From Bacillota bacterium (GTDB taxonomy: Bacteria > Bacillota > Clostridia > Peptostreptococcales > Anaerovoracaceae): DNA of 64,000 nt. Within the stretch, counting starts at the first letter, position 1. Each line of letters starts with the position of its first letter. Made by a program: the position numbers and the translations under genes. This document shows positions 25,541 to 35,157 of this stretch, piece by piece. The stretch covers positions 58,720-122,719 of the forward strand of contig JAQXQE010000015.1 of the NCBI GenBank assembly GCA_029101005.1, written 5' to 3'. The notes beneath the pieces are model-generated. The model worked only from the letters and a program-made list of their open reading frames with translations, was not told the origin of the DNA and ran no database searches.

Positions 25541-26824
25541 TTAGTCTTCGAAGTAATCAAACTCGAAATCATTAATTCGAACTGTATCACCCTCTTCAAG
25601 ACCAAGTTCCTGAAGCTGCTCAATTCCGCCCTGCTTAAGGATGTAATTATACAGATATCTGATTGAACCCATATCCTCGAAGTTTGTTGAATTGAAGATC
25701 TTTGTAAGCTGCTTACCCTCAAGAACATATACACCATCCTCGTCGAGGTATGCGTTAATCTTGCGGTAATCAGGATCGTATGCATCTGCCTCAAAGTCGA
25801 AGAGCTCAATCTCCTCATCCTCAGGTGCCTCGTAGTTCTCAATCTGGTAGAGAGTTTCATCGAGAAGTTCTCTGATACCCTGATTAGTAGCTGCGCTTAT
25901 GCAGAATACCTTTCGGCCTTCCTGCTCCATGAAGTCGAGGAATTCCTGAAGCTTCTCCTCGTCATATACGATATCCATCTTATTTGCAACAACGAGCATT
26001 GGCTTCTTAAGAAGTGCAGGATCGTACTGCTCAAGCTCGTTCATAATCTTCTTATAATCATCGATAGGATCTCTTCCCTCAGAACCTGCAACATCGATTA
26101 CGTGAATGAGTACCTTTGTTCTTTCGATGTGCTTGAGAAATCTGAAACCGAGACCAGTACCGGCATGTGCGCCCTCAATAATTCCAGCGATGTCAGCCAT
26201 TACAAAGCTCTTGTTGTGAAGCTGAACAACTCCGAGATTAGGATCGATTGTTGTGAAATGATATCCAGCAATCTTTGGCTTAGCACTTGTTGATACTGAG
26301 AGAAGTGTTGATTTGCCGACATTTGGAAAACCAACCAGACCTGCATCAGCAAGAAGCTTGAGCTCAAGAATAACTGTTCGCTCCTTAGCTACACCACCTG
26401 CTTCAGCGAAGTTAGGTGCTCTTCTGATTGAAGACTTGAAGTGAACATTACCCTTACCACCTCTACCGCCTTTAGCAGCTACGAGTGTATCCCCATCATG
26501 GCAGAGATCTTTCATGAGTCTGCCTGACTCCTTATCAATAACAAGTGTACCTACTGGAACTTTGATGATGAGATCCTGTCCCTTCTTACCGAAACACTTT
26601 CTCTTCATTCCGTCCTGACCGTTCTCGGCCTGGTACTTCTTCTTATACTTGAAATCCATCAAAGTTCTGAGATTTCTGTCAGCAACAAAAACAATGCTAC
26701 CGCCATTACCACCATCACCTCCGTCTGGACCACCTTCTGGTACAAACGGATCATGTCTGAAAGTTACAGCACCATTGCCGCCCTTGCCGGATATAATTTT
26801 GATTTCCGCCTTATCTACAAACAT
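25541..26824 (-). CDS. obg: GTPase Obg
   Basis: Gly-rich Obg fold (GGNGG repeats), G1 motif GFPNVGKSTLL, and a C-terminal OCT domain; 427 aa. Confidence 0.95.
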   Translation of the reverse strand: MFVDKAEIKIISGKGGNGAVTFRHDPFVPEGGPDGGDGGNGGSIVFVADRNLRTLMDFKYKKKYQAENGQDGMKRKCFGKKGQDLIIKVPVGTLVIDKESGRLMKDLCHDGDTLVAAKGGRGGKGNVHFKSSIRRAPNFAEAGGVAKERTVILELKLLADAGLVGFPNVGKSTLLSVSTSAKPKIAGYHFTTIDPNLGVVQLHNKSFVMADIAGIIEGAHAGTGLGFRFLKHIERTKVLIHVIDVAGSEGRDPIDDYKKIMNELEQYDPALLKKPMLVVANKMDIVYDEEKLQEFLDFMEQEGRKVFCISAATNQGIRELLDETLYQIENYEAPEDEEIELFDFEADAYDPDYRKINAYLDEDGVYVLEGKQLTKIFNSTNFEDMGSIRYLYNYILKQGGIEQLQELGLEEGDTVRINDFEFDYFED

Positions 26825-26851
26825 TGTTTACCTCAATTTCTCAAAAACACA

Positions 26852-26876
26852 GAAAAAGCCCCTATTTGCATAGGGG
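26852..26876 (-). terminator. rpmA terminator
   Basis: The minus strand reads GCCCCTAT-gcaa-ATAGGGGC followed by TTTTTC. Confidence 0.75.
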
Positions 26877-26884
26877 CCTGGTAG

Positions 26885-27145
26885 TTATGCTTCCTTGCTG
26901 TATACGCTGACTTTCTTTCTCTTCTTGTCGTATCTCTCGAACTTTACAGTTCCATCGATCTTTGCGAACAGTGTGTCATCTCCACCGATTCCAACGTTGT
27001 TACCAGGGTGGAACTTTGTTCCTCTCTGTCTTACAAGAATGCTACCTGCTGTAACGAACTGACCTGCGCCAGTCTTAACTCCAAGACGCTTTGACTCTGA
27101 GTCACGACCGTTCTTGGAACTACCTACTCCCTTTTTACTAGCCAT
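26885..27145 (-). CDS. rpmA: 50S ribosomal protein L27
   Basis: [22 protein letters not shown]...[17 protein letters not shown]. It starts at the position of the mature Firmicute N-terminus, so there is no propeptide. Confidence 0.95.
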   Translation of the reverse strand: MASKKGVGSSKNGRDSESKRLGVKTGAGQFVTAGSILVRQRGTKFHPGNNVGIGGDDTLFAKIDGTVKFERYDKKRKKVSVYSKEA

Positions 27146-27173
27146 CTAAAGTTACCTCCTCTTTACCTATATT

Positions 27174-27656
27174 CTACTTCGCCTCAATAGCTGCGAGGAT
27201 GTCGGCCTTTGTAGCCTTGCTTGATACCTCGATGCCCATATCTGCTGCGATTGCGAGAAGCTCGTCCTTCTTCATGTTCATGTTTGCCTTAGGAGCCTCT
27301 ACTGCTGCCTCTGCTGCAGGAGCTGCTGCCTTCTTAGCTGGAGCCTTGCTCTCGCCAATACCTGTAATCTTTACGAGTGTGTAAGGCTGTCTGTGACCAT
27401 TCTTTCTTCTGTAGTCCTTCTTAGCCTTGTACTTGTAGATGATAACCTTGTCATTCTTGCCCTGCTCGAGAACCTCTGCCTGAACAGCGCATCCCTCTAC
27501 ATAAGGTGTTCCAACTACGAGCTTATCTCCGCCAACAACGAGTACCTCGTCAAAAGTTACTACGTCACCTACGTTAGCGTCGATCTTCTCAATCTTCAGC
27601 TCATCGTTCATCTGAACTCTGTACTGCTTTCCGCCTGTCTTAATAATTGCGTACAT
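27174..27656 (-). CDS. rplU: 50S ribosomal protein L21 with C-terminal extension
   Basis: [14 protein letters not shown] core of about 103 aa. It is followed by an Ala/Lys-rich linker and [32 protein letters not shown]. Confidence 0.93.
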   Translation of the reverse strand: MYAIIKTGGKQYRVQMNDELKIEKIDANVGDVVTFDEVLVVGGDKLVVGTPYVEGCAVQAEVLEQGKNDKVIIYKYKAKKDYRRKNGHRQPYTLVKITGIGESKAPAKKAAAPAAEAAVEAPKANMNMKKDELLAIAADMGIEVSSKATKADILAAIEAK

Positions 27657-27735
27657 TTAAATTCCTCCTCATACCAGACTCGCCAAATCGAGGTGCACTA
27701 TTGCTTTAAACCTCATTTGTGCGGCTAACCGCTTT
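27657..27735 (-). ncRNA. Possible L21 ribosomal-protein leader
   Basis: A roughly 75-nt 5' UTR holds two hairpins (GCGGTTAGCCGC and GAGGT...ACCTC) before the SD. L21 leaders are known upstream of rplU in Firmicutes. This was not verified against a covariance model. Confidence 0.3.
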
Positions 27736-27765
27736 AATATAGCATATTCTAAAGTCTAATGTCAA
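27736..27765 (-). promoter_or_regulatory. rplU promoter
   Basis: On the minus strand: TTGACA, an 18-nt spacer, then TATATT preceded by TGC (extended -10). Confidence 0.5.
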
Positions 27766-27796
27766 TCGGAATTTGAAATAATTTCGCAAAATATTT

Positions 27797-28867
27797 CTAT
27801 TCGATTACAACTCCGTCCTCATCGACCATAAGGTCATCGTTGCCTGCGGTTCTGTTCATCTCCTCATGAATCATATCGAGAATTCTACCTCTTACCTCCT
27901 CGAGAACTCCATAGTTCTTAGCGAGGTATTCCTTAATATTCTCTCTTCCCTGGCCGATTCTCTCGCCGTTATAGCTGTACCATGAACCAGCCTTCTCGAT
28001 GATCTTGAGCTCTACTGCTGTATCAAGTACGTCACCTGCAAGTGAGATACCAGTGCCGTACATAATATCAAACTCCGCCTTCTTGAATGGAGGCGCAACC
28101 TTGTTCTTAACAATCTTAACTCTTGTTCTGTTACCGAGCATCTCCTCGCCCTTCTTCAGTGTCTCAACCTTTCTTACGTCGAGCCTCATTGAAGCATAGA
28201 ACTTAAGAGCTCTTCCTCCAGTTGTTGTCTCTGGGTTACCAAACATTACGCCAATCTTCTCTCTAAGCTGGTTGATGAAGATTACGCAAGTGTTTGACTT
28301 ATTAACCGCACCAGCAATCTTTCTCAGTGCCTGTGACATAAGTCTAGCCTGAAGACCTACGTGAGAATCACCCATATCACCCTGAATCTCTGCCTTAGGA
28401 ACAAGAGCAGCAACAGAGTCGATTACGATGATATCAATAGCTCCGCTTCGTGCGAGCATCTCGCAAATCTCGAGAGCCTGCTCTCCTGTATCAGGCTGTG
28501 ATACAAGGAGCTCATCAACATCTACTCCAAGATTCTTTGCATATACTGGATCGAGGGCGTGCTCAGCATCGATGAATGCAGCCTTGCCTCCCATCTTCTG
28601 TGCTTCAGCAATTGCGTGGAGTGTGAGAGTTGTCTTACCTGATGACTCAGGTCCGTAAATCTCAATAATTCTTCCCTTAGGATATCCGCCTACACCTGTA
28701 GCCACATCAAGGCTGATTGAACCTGTAGGAATAGTCTCTATATTTGAGAAAAGGCTGTCATCACCAAGCTTCATGATAGCGCCCTTACCGTACGCCTTCT
28801 GAATCTGATCAAGTGCCTGCTGTAAAGCCTTCTCCTTAGCATCGTTTGCCATCTGATTGTTTGCCAT
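27797..28867 (-). CDS. recA: Recombinase RecA
   Basis: [23 protein letters not shown] and Walker [11 protein letters not shown]. The start is set at ATG 28867 (AGGAGGA upstream); the longer track ORF runs through the promoter and LexA box. Confidence 0.97.
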   Translation of the reverse strand: MANNQMANDAKEKALQQALDQIQKAYGKGAIMKLGDDSLFSNIETIPTGSISLDVATGVGGYPKGRIIEIYGPESSGKTTLTLHAIAEAQKMGGKAAFIDAEHALDPVYAKNLGVDVDELLVSQPDTGEQALEICEMLARSGAIDIIVIDSVAALVPKAEIQGDMGDSHVGLQARLMSQALRKIAGAVNKSNTCVIFINQLREKIGVMFGNPETTTGGRALKFYASMRLDVRKVETLKKGEEMLGNRTRVKIVKNKVAPPFKKAEFDIMYGTGISLAGDVLDTAVELKIIEKAGSWYSYNGERIGQGRENIKEYLAKNYGVLEEVRGRILDMIHEEMNRTAGNDDLMVDEDGVVIE

Positions 28868-28889
28868 ATTTCCTCCTGTTGAAACAATA

Positions 28890-28938
28890 CGAACATTTGT
28901 TCTGTATTGATAATACTGTCTGAATCTACTAATGTCAA
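28890..28938 (-). promoter_or_regulatory. recA promoter with LexA box
   Basis: On the minus strand: TTGACA (28938-28933), a 17-nt spacer, TATTAT (28915-28910), then AGAACAAATGTTCG (28903-28890). Confidence 0.75.
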
Positions 28939-29029
28939 GTCTTAACAACAAGATTATAGCTTCATAAGCAACATCTACTATAACAAAAATTTACCCAAAT
29001 TGAACAATTCTGTCACTTATTTGTGTCTA

Positions 29030-30268
29030 TTACAGTTCTCCTTTGAGAATCAGATATACAGTGCGCTGCATATTAAGTGTGAAGTTGTTTCTGTTCCAAG
29101 CTCTGTCTACTGCCCTTCTCTTAATCAGTCTGCTTCCACTGCAACCTTCATAAGCATATCCGATATAAGCTGTTCCTGGATTGAAGCCTTCATCTGCATC
29201 TGGTCCGGCATAGCCTGTAATAGAAACGGCTATATCGCTTCCTGAAAGATGCCTTGCAGCTACTGCCATTTCTTCTGCAACTTCAGCACTGACAACGCCC
29301 TTATCTTCGATAAGTTCTCTATCTAATCCTAGAACACCTACCTTGGCATCAACGCTATATGTTACATAGCCGTGTCCGAAGACGTTTGAAGCTCCGGGTA
29401 CATCAGTAATAGAAACTGCAAACTTACCGCCAGTGCAAGATTCTGCTGAAGAAACTGTGAGTCCCCTGTTCTTGAGAAGACGAACAACAACTTCATTCAT
29501 TTCTTCATCATTAATACTGTAGATATACTCACCACAGATATCCGACATAGCAGCAATCATATCGGTTACTGCGGCCTCAGCTTCTTCCATGCTGTCACGC
29601 TGAGATGTAATTCTGACTGCGACCTCGCCCTCCTTGGCATATGTAGCAATAGTAGGATCAGTCTGCCCATCGATAAGAGGGAGAAGCATAGTCTCAAGAT
29701 CAGACTCACCTATACCCATTGTTCTTACAACTCTGTAGAAAATCTTCTTGTCAACGAACTTGTCGAGGTACTGATCTAAGCAGTTCTCATAAAGCCAACT
29801 CATCTCGCGTGGAGGTCCAGGCAGACAGATAGCAATTCTTCCATCTCTCTCAAGAGCAAAGCCTGGAGCAGTTCCAGCAGCATTATAGAATGGTGTACAG
29901 CCCTCAGGCATGTAGGCCTGCTTCATATTATTAGCTGACATCTTTCTGCCGACCTTAGCGAAGAATGCATTGAGTTCCTCATAGACTCTCTGGTCAAGAA
30001 CGAGTTCTGCACCCATGTACTCAGCGACCATCTCCTTAGTGAGATCATCCTGTGTAGGTCCAAGTCCGCCCGTGAGAATAACCATATCGGCATGCTCGAA
30101 GGCATCAGCAAGCTGCTGCTTCAGCCTATTCGGATTATCTCCCACAACATAGTGGTACATAACGTTAAAGCCCTTAAGCTGAAGTTTCTTTGACAGATAT
30201 GCCGCATTAGTATTGATAGTCTGTCCAAAGAGCAGTTCTGTTCCAACCGCAAGAATTGATACTTTCAT
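29030..30268 (-). CDS. cinA: Competence/damage-inducible protein CinA (MoCF-binding plus PncC-type NMN deamidase domains)
   Basis: MKVSILAVGTELLFGQTINTNAAYLS N-terminus and SAESCTGG in the C-terminal domain. It holds the conserved pgsA-cinA-recA position. Confidence 0.9.
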   Translation of the reverse strand: MKVSILAVGTELLFGQTINTNAAYLSKKLQLKGFNVMYHYVVGDNPNRLKQQLADAFEHADMVILTGGLGPTQDDLTKEMVAEYMGAELVLDQRVYEELNAFFAKVGRKMSANNMKQAYMPEGCTPFYNAAGTAPGFALERDGRIAICLPGPPREMSWLYENCLDQYLDKFVDKKIFYRVVRTMGIGESDLETMLLPLIDGQTDPTIATYAKEGEVAVRITSQRDSMEEAEAAVTDMIAAMSDICGEYIYSINDEEMNEVVVRLLKNRGLTVSSAESCTGGKFAVSITDVPGASNVFGHGYVTYSVDAKVGVLGLDRELIEDKGVVSAEVAEEMAVAARHLSGSDIAVSITGYAGPDADEGFNPGTAYIGYAYEGCSGSRLIKRRAVDRAWNRNNFTLNMQRTVYLILKGEL

Positions 30269-30308
30269 CCCTATACCCTGATACTAGACAAATATTTATA
30301 TTGGTAAA

Positions 30309-30839
30309 CTACATTGAGAAAACGCTCTTGTTCTTCAGTACATACTCGCATCCTGAATATACAGTCATGAAAAGTGATGCGTAGAACACAACAAGTCCTA
30401 CTGTCATAATCCATGGCTGTGATGGTACAGCGAGTCCGAGAATGAACGCGATAACTGCAATCATCTGAAGTACTGTCTTAATCTTGCCGCTCATACCAGC
30501 AGCAAGTACAGTTCCCTCAGAAGCAGCTACAGTTCTCATTCCTGCAACTGTGAACTCTCTAGCGAGAATGATGATCAGTGTCCATCCAGCGATTACTCTG
30601 ATGTCGATAAAGAGACAGAGTGCCGAATACACGAGGATCTTGTCGGCAAGAGGATCCATAATTTTTCCAAAATTAGTTACGAGACCTCTAGCTCTTGCAA
30701 TCTTACCATCGAGCAGGTCTGTGAGTGATGCGAGCGCAAAGATCACGAGCGCCACTGCATACATCTTGAGCATAAATGCAGCAATAAAGAATGGAACGGC
30801 AATAATTCTTGCCATAGTTAATTTGTTAGGCAGATTCAT
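30309..30839 (-). CDS. pgsA: CDP-diacylglycerol--glycerol-3-phosphate 3-phosphatidyltransferase
   Basis: CDP-alcohol phosphatidyltransferase motif DLLDGKIARARGLVTNFGKIMDPLADK; 176 aa membrane protein. Confidence 0.9.
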   Translation of the reverse strand: MNLPNKLTMARIIAVPFFIAAFMLKMYAVALVIFALASLTDLLDGKIARARGLVTNFGKIMDPLADKILVYSALCLFIDIRVIAGWTLIIILAREFTVAGMRTVAASEGTVLAAGMSGKIKTVLQMIAVIAFILGLAVPSQPWIMTVGLVVFYASLFMTVYSGCEYVLKNKSVFSM

Positions 30840-32158
30840 TCTGTAACCTCCTCACCATCAAGGTCGTACTCATAAGTGTTATCTATTCTTACTTTGACAA
30901 TGTCTCCCGGCTGATGCTCGTCGAGTGCTGCGAAGCTGACCTCACAGTCAATCTCTCTGGCATCAAATCTGGTTCTTCCGACATATATGTTCTCGCCTTC
31001 GTACTCGTCGACCATTACTTCGAATACTCCGCCGATTTTCTTCTCATTGAGTGCCTCGCTGACAGCACACTGGTGCTCCATTACCATGTCTCTGCGGGCC
31101 TGCTTGACCTCCTCCGGCAGCTTGCCGTCCATATCGAAGGAAGCTGTTCCCTCCTCCTCAGAGAAGGCAAATGCGCCGAGTCTGTCTATCTTCATGGTGT
31201 CGATAAAATCAAGTAGCTCCGCTACGTCTTCTTCGGTCTCTCCCGGGAATCCGACAAGTAATGTTGTGCGGATGTGTATCTCCGGAATTCTCTCCCTCAG
31301 CTTGTTGATGCATGCTATGATCGACTTCTTACTCGACTGTCTCTTCATTCTGTTCAGCACATTATCTGCTACGTGCTGGATAGGAATATCGATGTACTTG
31401 CAGATCTTTGGCTCATTTGCAATAACATCAATCAGCTCATCTGTGATTCCGTTATCGTATACGTACATAAGTCTGATCCACTCAATACCGTCAATCTTGC
31501 AGAGCTCAGTCAGAAGTTCCGGAAGTCTGAGCTTGCCGTAGAGATCACGTCCGTACTGTGAAGTATCCTGAGCTATTACTACGAGTTCCTTGATTCCAGC
31601 ATCAGCAAGATCCTGAGCCTCCCTGATGCAATCCTCGAACTTCTTAGAGCGGTATTTACCCCTTATTGAAGGGATGGCGCAGAAAGTGCATGCATTGTTG
31701 CAGCCCTCGGCAATCTTGAGTACAGCACTGTACTCTCCCTCTGGAAGAGTTCTCTCTCTGTATTTGAGATCGTCCTCTGTTTCGCCAACCTCATCCTTAT
31801 CAGCATTATCACCAAGTATGATGTCGCTCATACTCTCATATTCGTTAACACCGAAGAAAATATCAACTTCTGGAATCTCGTCTTTGAGTTCAGCGTGATA
31901 TCTCTGAGAAAGACAGCCTGTAACAACAAGCTTCTTCTCACTCTCAGATTCATTCTTCACGTTAACCATCTCAAAGATGTGCTCAATTGACTCAGTCTTG
32001 GCATCTTCGATGAATCCACATGTGTTGACAATTAGAACATCAGCTTCTTCAGCAAAGTCAACGAGCTCACAGCCGTGCTTCTCAAGCTCGGCTGCAAGCA
32101 TCTGTGAATCGTATGTGTTCTTATCACATCCTAATGTGTCTATGTATATCTTCTTCAT
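30836..32158 (-). CDS. rimO: Ribosomal protein S12 methylthiotransferase RimO
   Basis: UPF0004 N-domain (TLGCDKN), radical-SAM CNNACTFCAIP, and a C-terminal TRAM domain. Confidence 0.9.
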   Translation of the reverse strand: MKKIYIDTLGCDKNTYDSQMLAAELEKHGCELVDFAEEADVLIVNTCGFIEDAKTESIEHIFEMVNVKNESESEKKLVVTGCLSQRYHAELKDEIPEVDIFFGVNEYESMSDIILGDNADKDEVGETEDDLKYRERTLPEGEYSAVLKIAEGCNNACTFCAIPSIRGKYRSKKFEDCIREAQDLADAGIKELVVIAQDTSQYGRDLYGKLRLPELLTELCKIDGIEWIRLMYVYDNGITDELIDVIANEPKICKYIDIPIQHVADNVLNRMKRQSSKKSIIACINKLRERIPEIHIRTTLLVGFPGETEEDVAELLDFIDTMKIDRLGAFAFSEEEGTASFDMDGKLPEEVKQARRDMVMEHQCAVSEALNEKKIGGVFEVMVDEYEGENIYVGRTRFDAREIDCEVSFAALDEHQPGDIVKVRIDNTYEYDLDGEEVTE

Positions 32159-35130
32159 TACCCAATAATCTCGTTATATCTTGATATTTCTTCTGGAACC
32201 CCATCGTCGTCACTTTCTGTCTCATATTCGACATCGACTACCTCTGGGATGTCATCATCAGCAGGCTCTTCATCGAAATTTCCGTAATACTCATCCTCAG
32301 TCATGAGAACCTGTCTTCCACGGCTTCCATCAGGTGGTCCGATGATGCCCATAGCCTCAATATCATCGATGATTCTAGCTGCACGATTGTATCCGATTCT
32401 GAATCTTCTCTGCAGCATAGAAACCGATGCAGACTTTGACTTGAGGATGAATGCGATTGAATCCTCAGTAAGCTCATCGCTCATCTCCTCAGCCTTTGCC
32501 TCGGCATTTCCCTCAATCAGATTACTAAGTTCCTCGTTGTACTCAGCCTCGCCCTGATTCTTGACGAAGTTGATTACCTTCGCAGTCTCGCTGTCAGAGA
32601 TATATGGTCCCTGAACACGGTATGGCTTACTGCTTCCTACAGGAGAGAAAAGCATATCTCCTTTACCGAGAAGTTTCTCAGCACCCGCCATATCGAGAAT
32701 TGTTCGAGAGTCAATCTGTGAAGCTACGCTGAATGCGATTCTCGAAGGAACATTCGCCTTGATAAGTCCAGTTACTACGTCTACAGAAGGTCTCTGAGTA
32801 GCAATTATGAGGTGCATACCTGCAGCTCTAGCCTTCTGAGCAAGACGGCAGATTGACTCCTCAACCTGTGATGGGGCTGCCATCATCAGGTCAGCCAGCT
32901 CATCGATGATGATTACAACCTGCGGCTTCTTATTCTGAGGCTCCTGATTTGCCACCATAAGCTCGTTATATGATTCAAGATCCTTAACTCCGAGCTTAGC
33001 GAACTCTTCGTATCTCTTGTTCATCTCAACTACTGCCTCAGCAAGCGCTCTTGAAGCCTTACGAGGGTCTGTTACAACAGGTGTGAGAAGATGTGGAATG
33101 CCGTTATAGTTGCCTAGCTCTACTACCTTAGGGTCAATCATGATCAGCTTAACCTCATCAGGTGTTGCCTTATACAGAAGGCTTGTGATGATGGAATTGA
33201 TGCAGACAGACTTACCAGACCCAGTAGCACCCGCAATCAACATATGTGGCATACTCTTGAGATCAGCAACAATGTTGTTGCCTGAGATGTCCTTACCAAC
33301 GATGAATGTAAGCTTTGACTTTGCCTCCTTGAACTCATTAGAGTCAATGAGCTCTCTGATGAGGACTGGTGAAGGCTTATCGTTCTCAACCTCGATGCCA
33401 ACAGCAGCCTTACCTGGGATAGGTGCTTCAATACGAATGCTCTTTGCTCTGAGATTGAGTGCGATATCGTCAGCCAGACTTGTGATCTTTGATACTTTGA
33501 CACCTGTAGCTGGCTGTACCTCGTATCTAGTAACTGATGCGCCCTGAGTTACGCTCAGAATTGATGCATCTACGTTGAAGTCCTTGAGTGTCTTATGAAG
33601 CAGCTCAGCTTTCTGCTCGAGCTGATAATCAGTCATCATCTGCTTGCTTCCGCTACCCTTCTTGAGAAGGTCAATTGTTGGAAGCTTATAAGCAGAGTGT
33701 GACGAAGCACTGCTGAGACCTGCTGTGATATCATTAGCTACTGCGTCTGTATTGATTGGTTCGTCCTTAGCCTTAGGCTTTGGCTCCTCAACAGACTTTG
33801 CTGGCTTAGGAACTGCTTCTACTTGCTTTGGCTCAGGCTTGCTCTCAGTTCTTGGTGTTCTGATGCTAGATGCTAGTCCAGCAGCTACTGATGAAGCAGC
33901 ACCTACAGCGGATGCTGTTGATGAGCTTGTTGCTGCAGAGGTACTTGCTGTCTCTGTTATCCCACCGAGGCCAGTTCTTCCACTTCTGCCAACACCATTC
34001 TGGAACATTGTGTCGTATCCATCTAGTCCGAAGCCTTCATGCTTATCGTATGAACCACTGAGACCATATGATACTGGCTTATCTGGAGACTTTACTTCTT
34101 CAGAGAGCCCCTTACCGAACTCAGGAATTGATGTTTCAGCAGCAACCTTACCTATTGGGCCCTCGTCCTTGCTTACCTCCATAACATTTCGCTTATTATT
34201 CTCAAGCTTCTCCTTCTCTTCTCTCGAAGCTGTCCATCCGCCGAAGATAGAAGGCTTCTTCTTCTCTTCAGTCTTAGGCATCTCTGTGATGATATTTGAA
34301 GCGCTTGTACTTGCTGGAATTGCAGGAATCACAGGCTCTACTGTCTTTGGCTCTGAAGCTCTCGCTGTAAGAAGTCCAGATACTGGATCAGTTCCTGGAA
34401 GAGCTGACTGCTGTACTGCCTGCTGTACCTTGCGAGCTTCTGCCTCCTCCATCTCTCTGAGAAGTCTTCTTGCCTCTCTCTTGTTTGACATTTTAGTAAG
34501 CCACTTAGAGATTGGTGTATTTGCTACGAGAAGAAGCGCGATGATGATGAGTGTGATAGCGATTATAAGGCAGCCTGATTTACCGAAGGCTTTGACAAGA
34601 ATTGATCCGAGCCACATTCCTACAGCGCCTCCCTGCTTGGCTTCAATGCCTGCCTTATAGTACTCAATCATAGCTGCGAAATCGTACTTGAGTTTAGTCT
34701 CGCTGATGAATCTGTAAGAGTTCAGGATGCACATATTGACGAAGATCAGTATTGTGAAGAAGACAGTTCTTCCACTTATGTGTTGAACCTTCTGCAGTAT
34801 GAGCAGAACTCCGTATATCACAAAGAAGAACGGAAGCACATAAGCCATGATTCCGAACAATCCAATACAGAGGTCGTGAACTCTTGCTCCGAACGCACCT
34901 GTCGAATCTGCAATTACTGTAAAGAAGAAGAATAATCCGAGCGCAATAATGATGACAGCCCAGATATCGTCTATCACCTTAAGGTCGGCATGTCTTTGCA
35001 TCTGCATATCCTCAATTCGCTCCTGCTTAGTCTTTGGAGCAACCTGAGTGGTCTTCGCAGATGCGGAAGACTTGCTGTTCTTATTCTTGCTTCCCGGAGG
35101 TCTTCCCGGTCCTCTTTTCTTCTCTGCCAT
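32158..35130 (-). CDS. ftsK: DNA translocase FtsK/SpoIIIE
   Basis: N-terminal TM helices, a long Ser/Ala/Pro/Lys-rich linker, Walker A GATGSGKSVCIN, Walker B IIIDELADLMM, and a gamma winged helix (SVSMLQRRFRIGYNRAARIID). Confidence 0.93.
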   Translation of the reverse strand: MAEKKRGPGRPPGSKNKNSKSSASAKTTQVAPKTKQERIEDMQMQRHADLKVIDDIWAVIIIALGLFFFFTVIADSTGAFGARVHDLCIGLFGIMAYVLPFFFVIYGVLLILQKVQHISGRTVFFTILIFVNMCILNSYRFISETKLKYDFAAMIEYYKAGIEAKQGGAVGMWLGSILVKAFGKSGCLIIAITLIIIALLLVANTPISKWLTKMSNKREARRLLREMEEAEARKVQQAVQQSALPGTDPVSGLLTARASEPKTVEPVIPAIPASTSASNIITEMPKTEEKKKPSIFGGWTASREEKEKLENNKRNVMEVSKDEGPIGKVAAETSIPEFGKGLSEEVKSPDKPVSYGLSGSYDKHEGFGLDGYDTMFQNGVGRSGRTGLGGITETASTSAATSSSTASAVGAASSVAAGLASSIRTPRTESKPEPKQVEAVPKPAKSVEEPKPKAKDEPINTDAVANDITAGLSSASSHSAYKLPTIDLLKKGSGSKQMMTDYQLEQKAELLHKTLKDFNVDASILSVTQGASVTRYEVQPATGVKVSKITSLADDIALNLRAKSIRIEAPIPGKAAVGIEVENDKPSPVLIRELIDSNEFKEAKSKLTFIVGKDISGNNIVADLKSMPHMLIAGATGSGKSVCINSIITSLLYKATPDEVKLIMIDPKVVELGNYNGIPHLLTPVVTDPRKASRALAEAVVEMNKRYEEFAKLGVKDLESYNELMVANQEPQNKKPQVVIIIDELADLMMAAPSQVEESICRLAQKARAAGMHLIIATQRPSVDVVTGLIKANVPSRIAFSVASQIDSRTILDMAGAEKLLGKGDMLFSPVGSSKPYRVQGPYISDSETAKVINFVKNQGEAEYNEELSNLIEGNAEAKAEEMSDELTEDSIAFILKSKSASVSMLQRRFRIGYNRAARIIDDIEAMGIIGPPDGSRGRQVLMTEDEYYGNFDEEPADDDIPEVVDVEYETESDDDGVPEEISRYNEIIG

Positions 35131-35157
35131 TAGTTCTCCTTTAAATACCCTGTCAGA

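Noticed and set aside
25387-25860. 157-aa minus-strand ORF overlapping the obg 3' end and its terminator
   Set aside because: It is out of frame with obg, Arg/Ser/Thr-rich, and crosses the terminator and its T-tract.
28868-28951. N-terminal extensions offered by the ORF track for recA. The same applies to ruvX 20955-21005, coaD 38723-38743, rpmB 42052-42075, rpmF 36287-36295, SNF 48160-48204, AKR 52745-52750 and Spo0A_C 24619-24675.
   Set aside because: In each case an internal ATG has a canonical SD at 6-9 nt and matches the conserved family N-terminus. The extension overlaps a promoter, an SD or the upstream gene.
33725-34660. 311-aa ORF antisense to the ftsK linker. Similar antisense ORFs occur in alaS, recG, rimO, the propeller gene (15300-15815) and elsewhere.
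   Set aside because: All lie entirely inside strongly supported genes on the other strand, have Ser/Leu/Pro-rich composition and lack RBSs. They are typical shadow ORFs.
32158-35130. Very long Ser/Ala/Pro/Lys-rich linker in FtsK, and a Pro/Lys-rich linker in MutL (about 9180-9480)
   Set aside because: Disordered linkers of variable length are normal for both families. No repeat structure suggesting anything else was seen.
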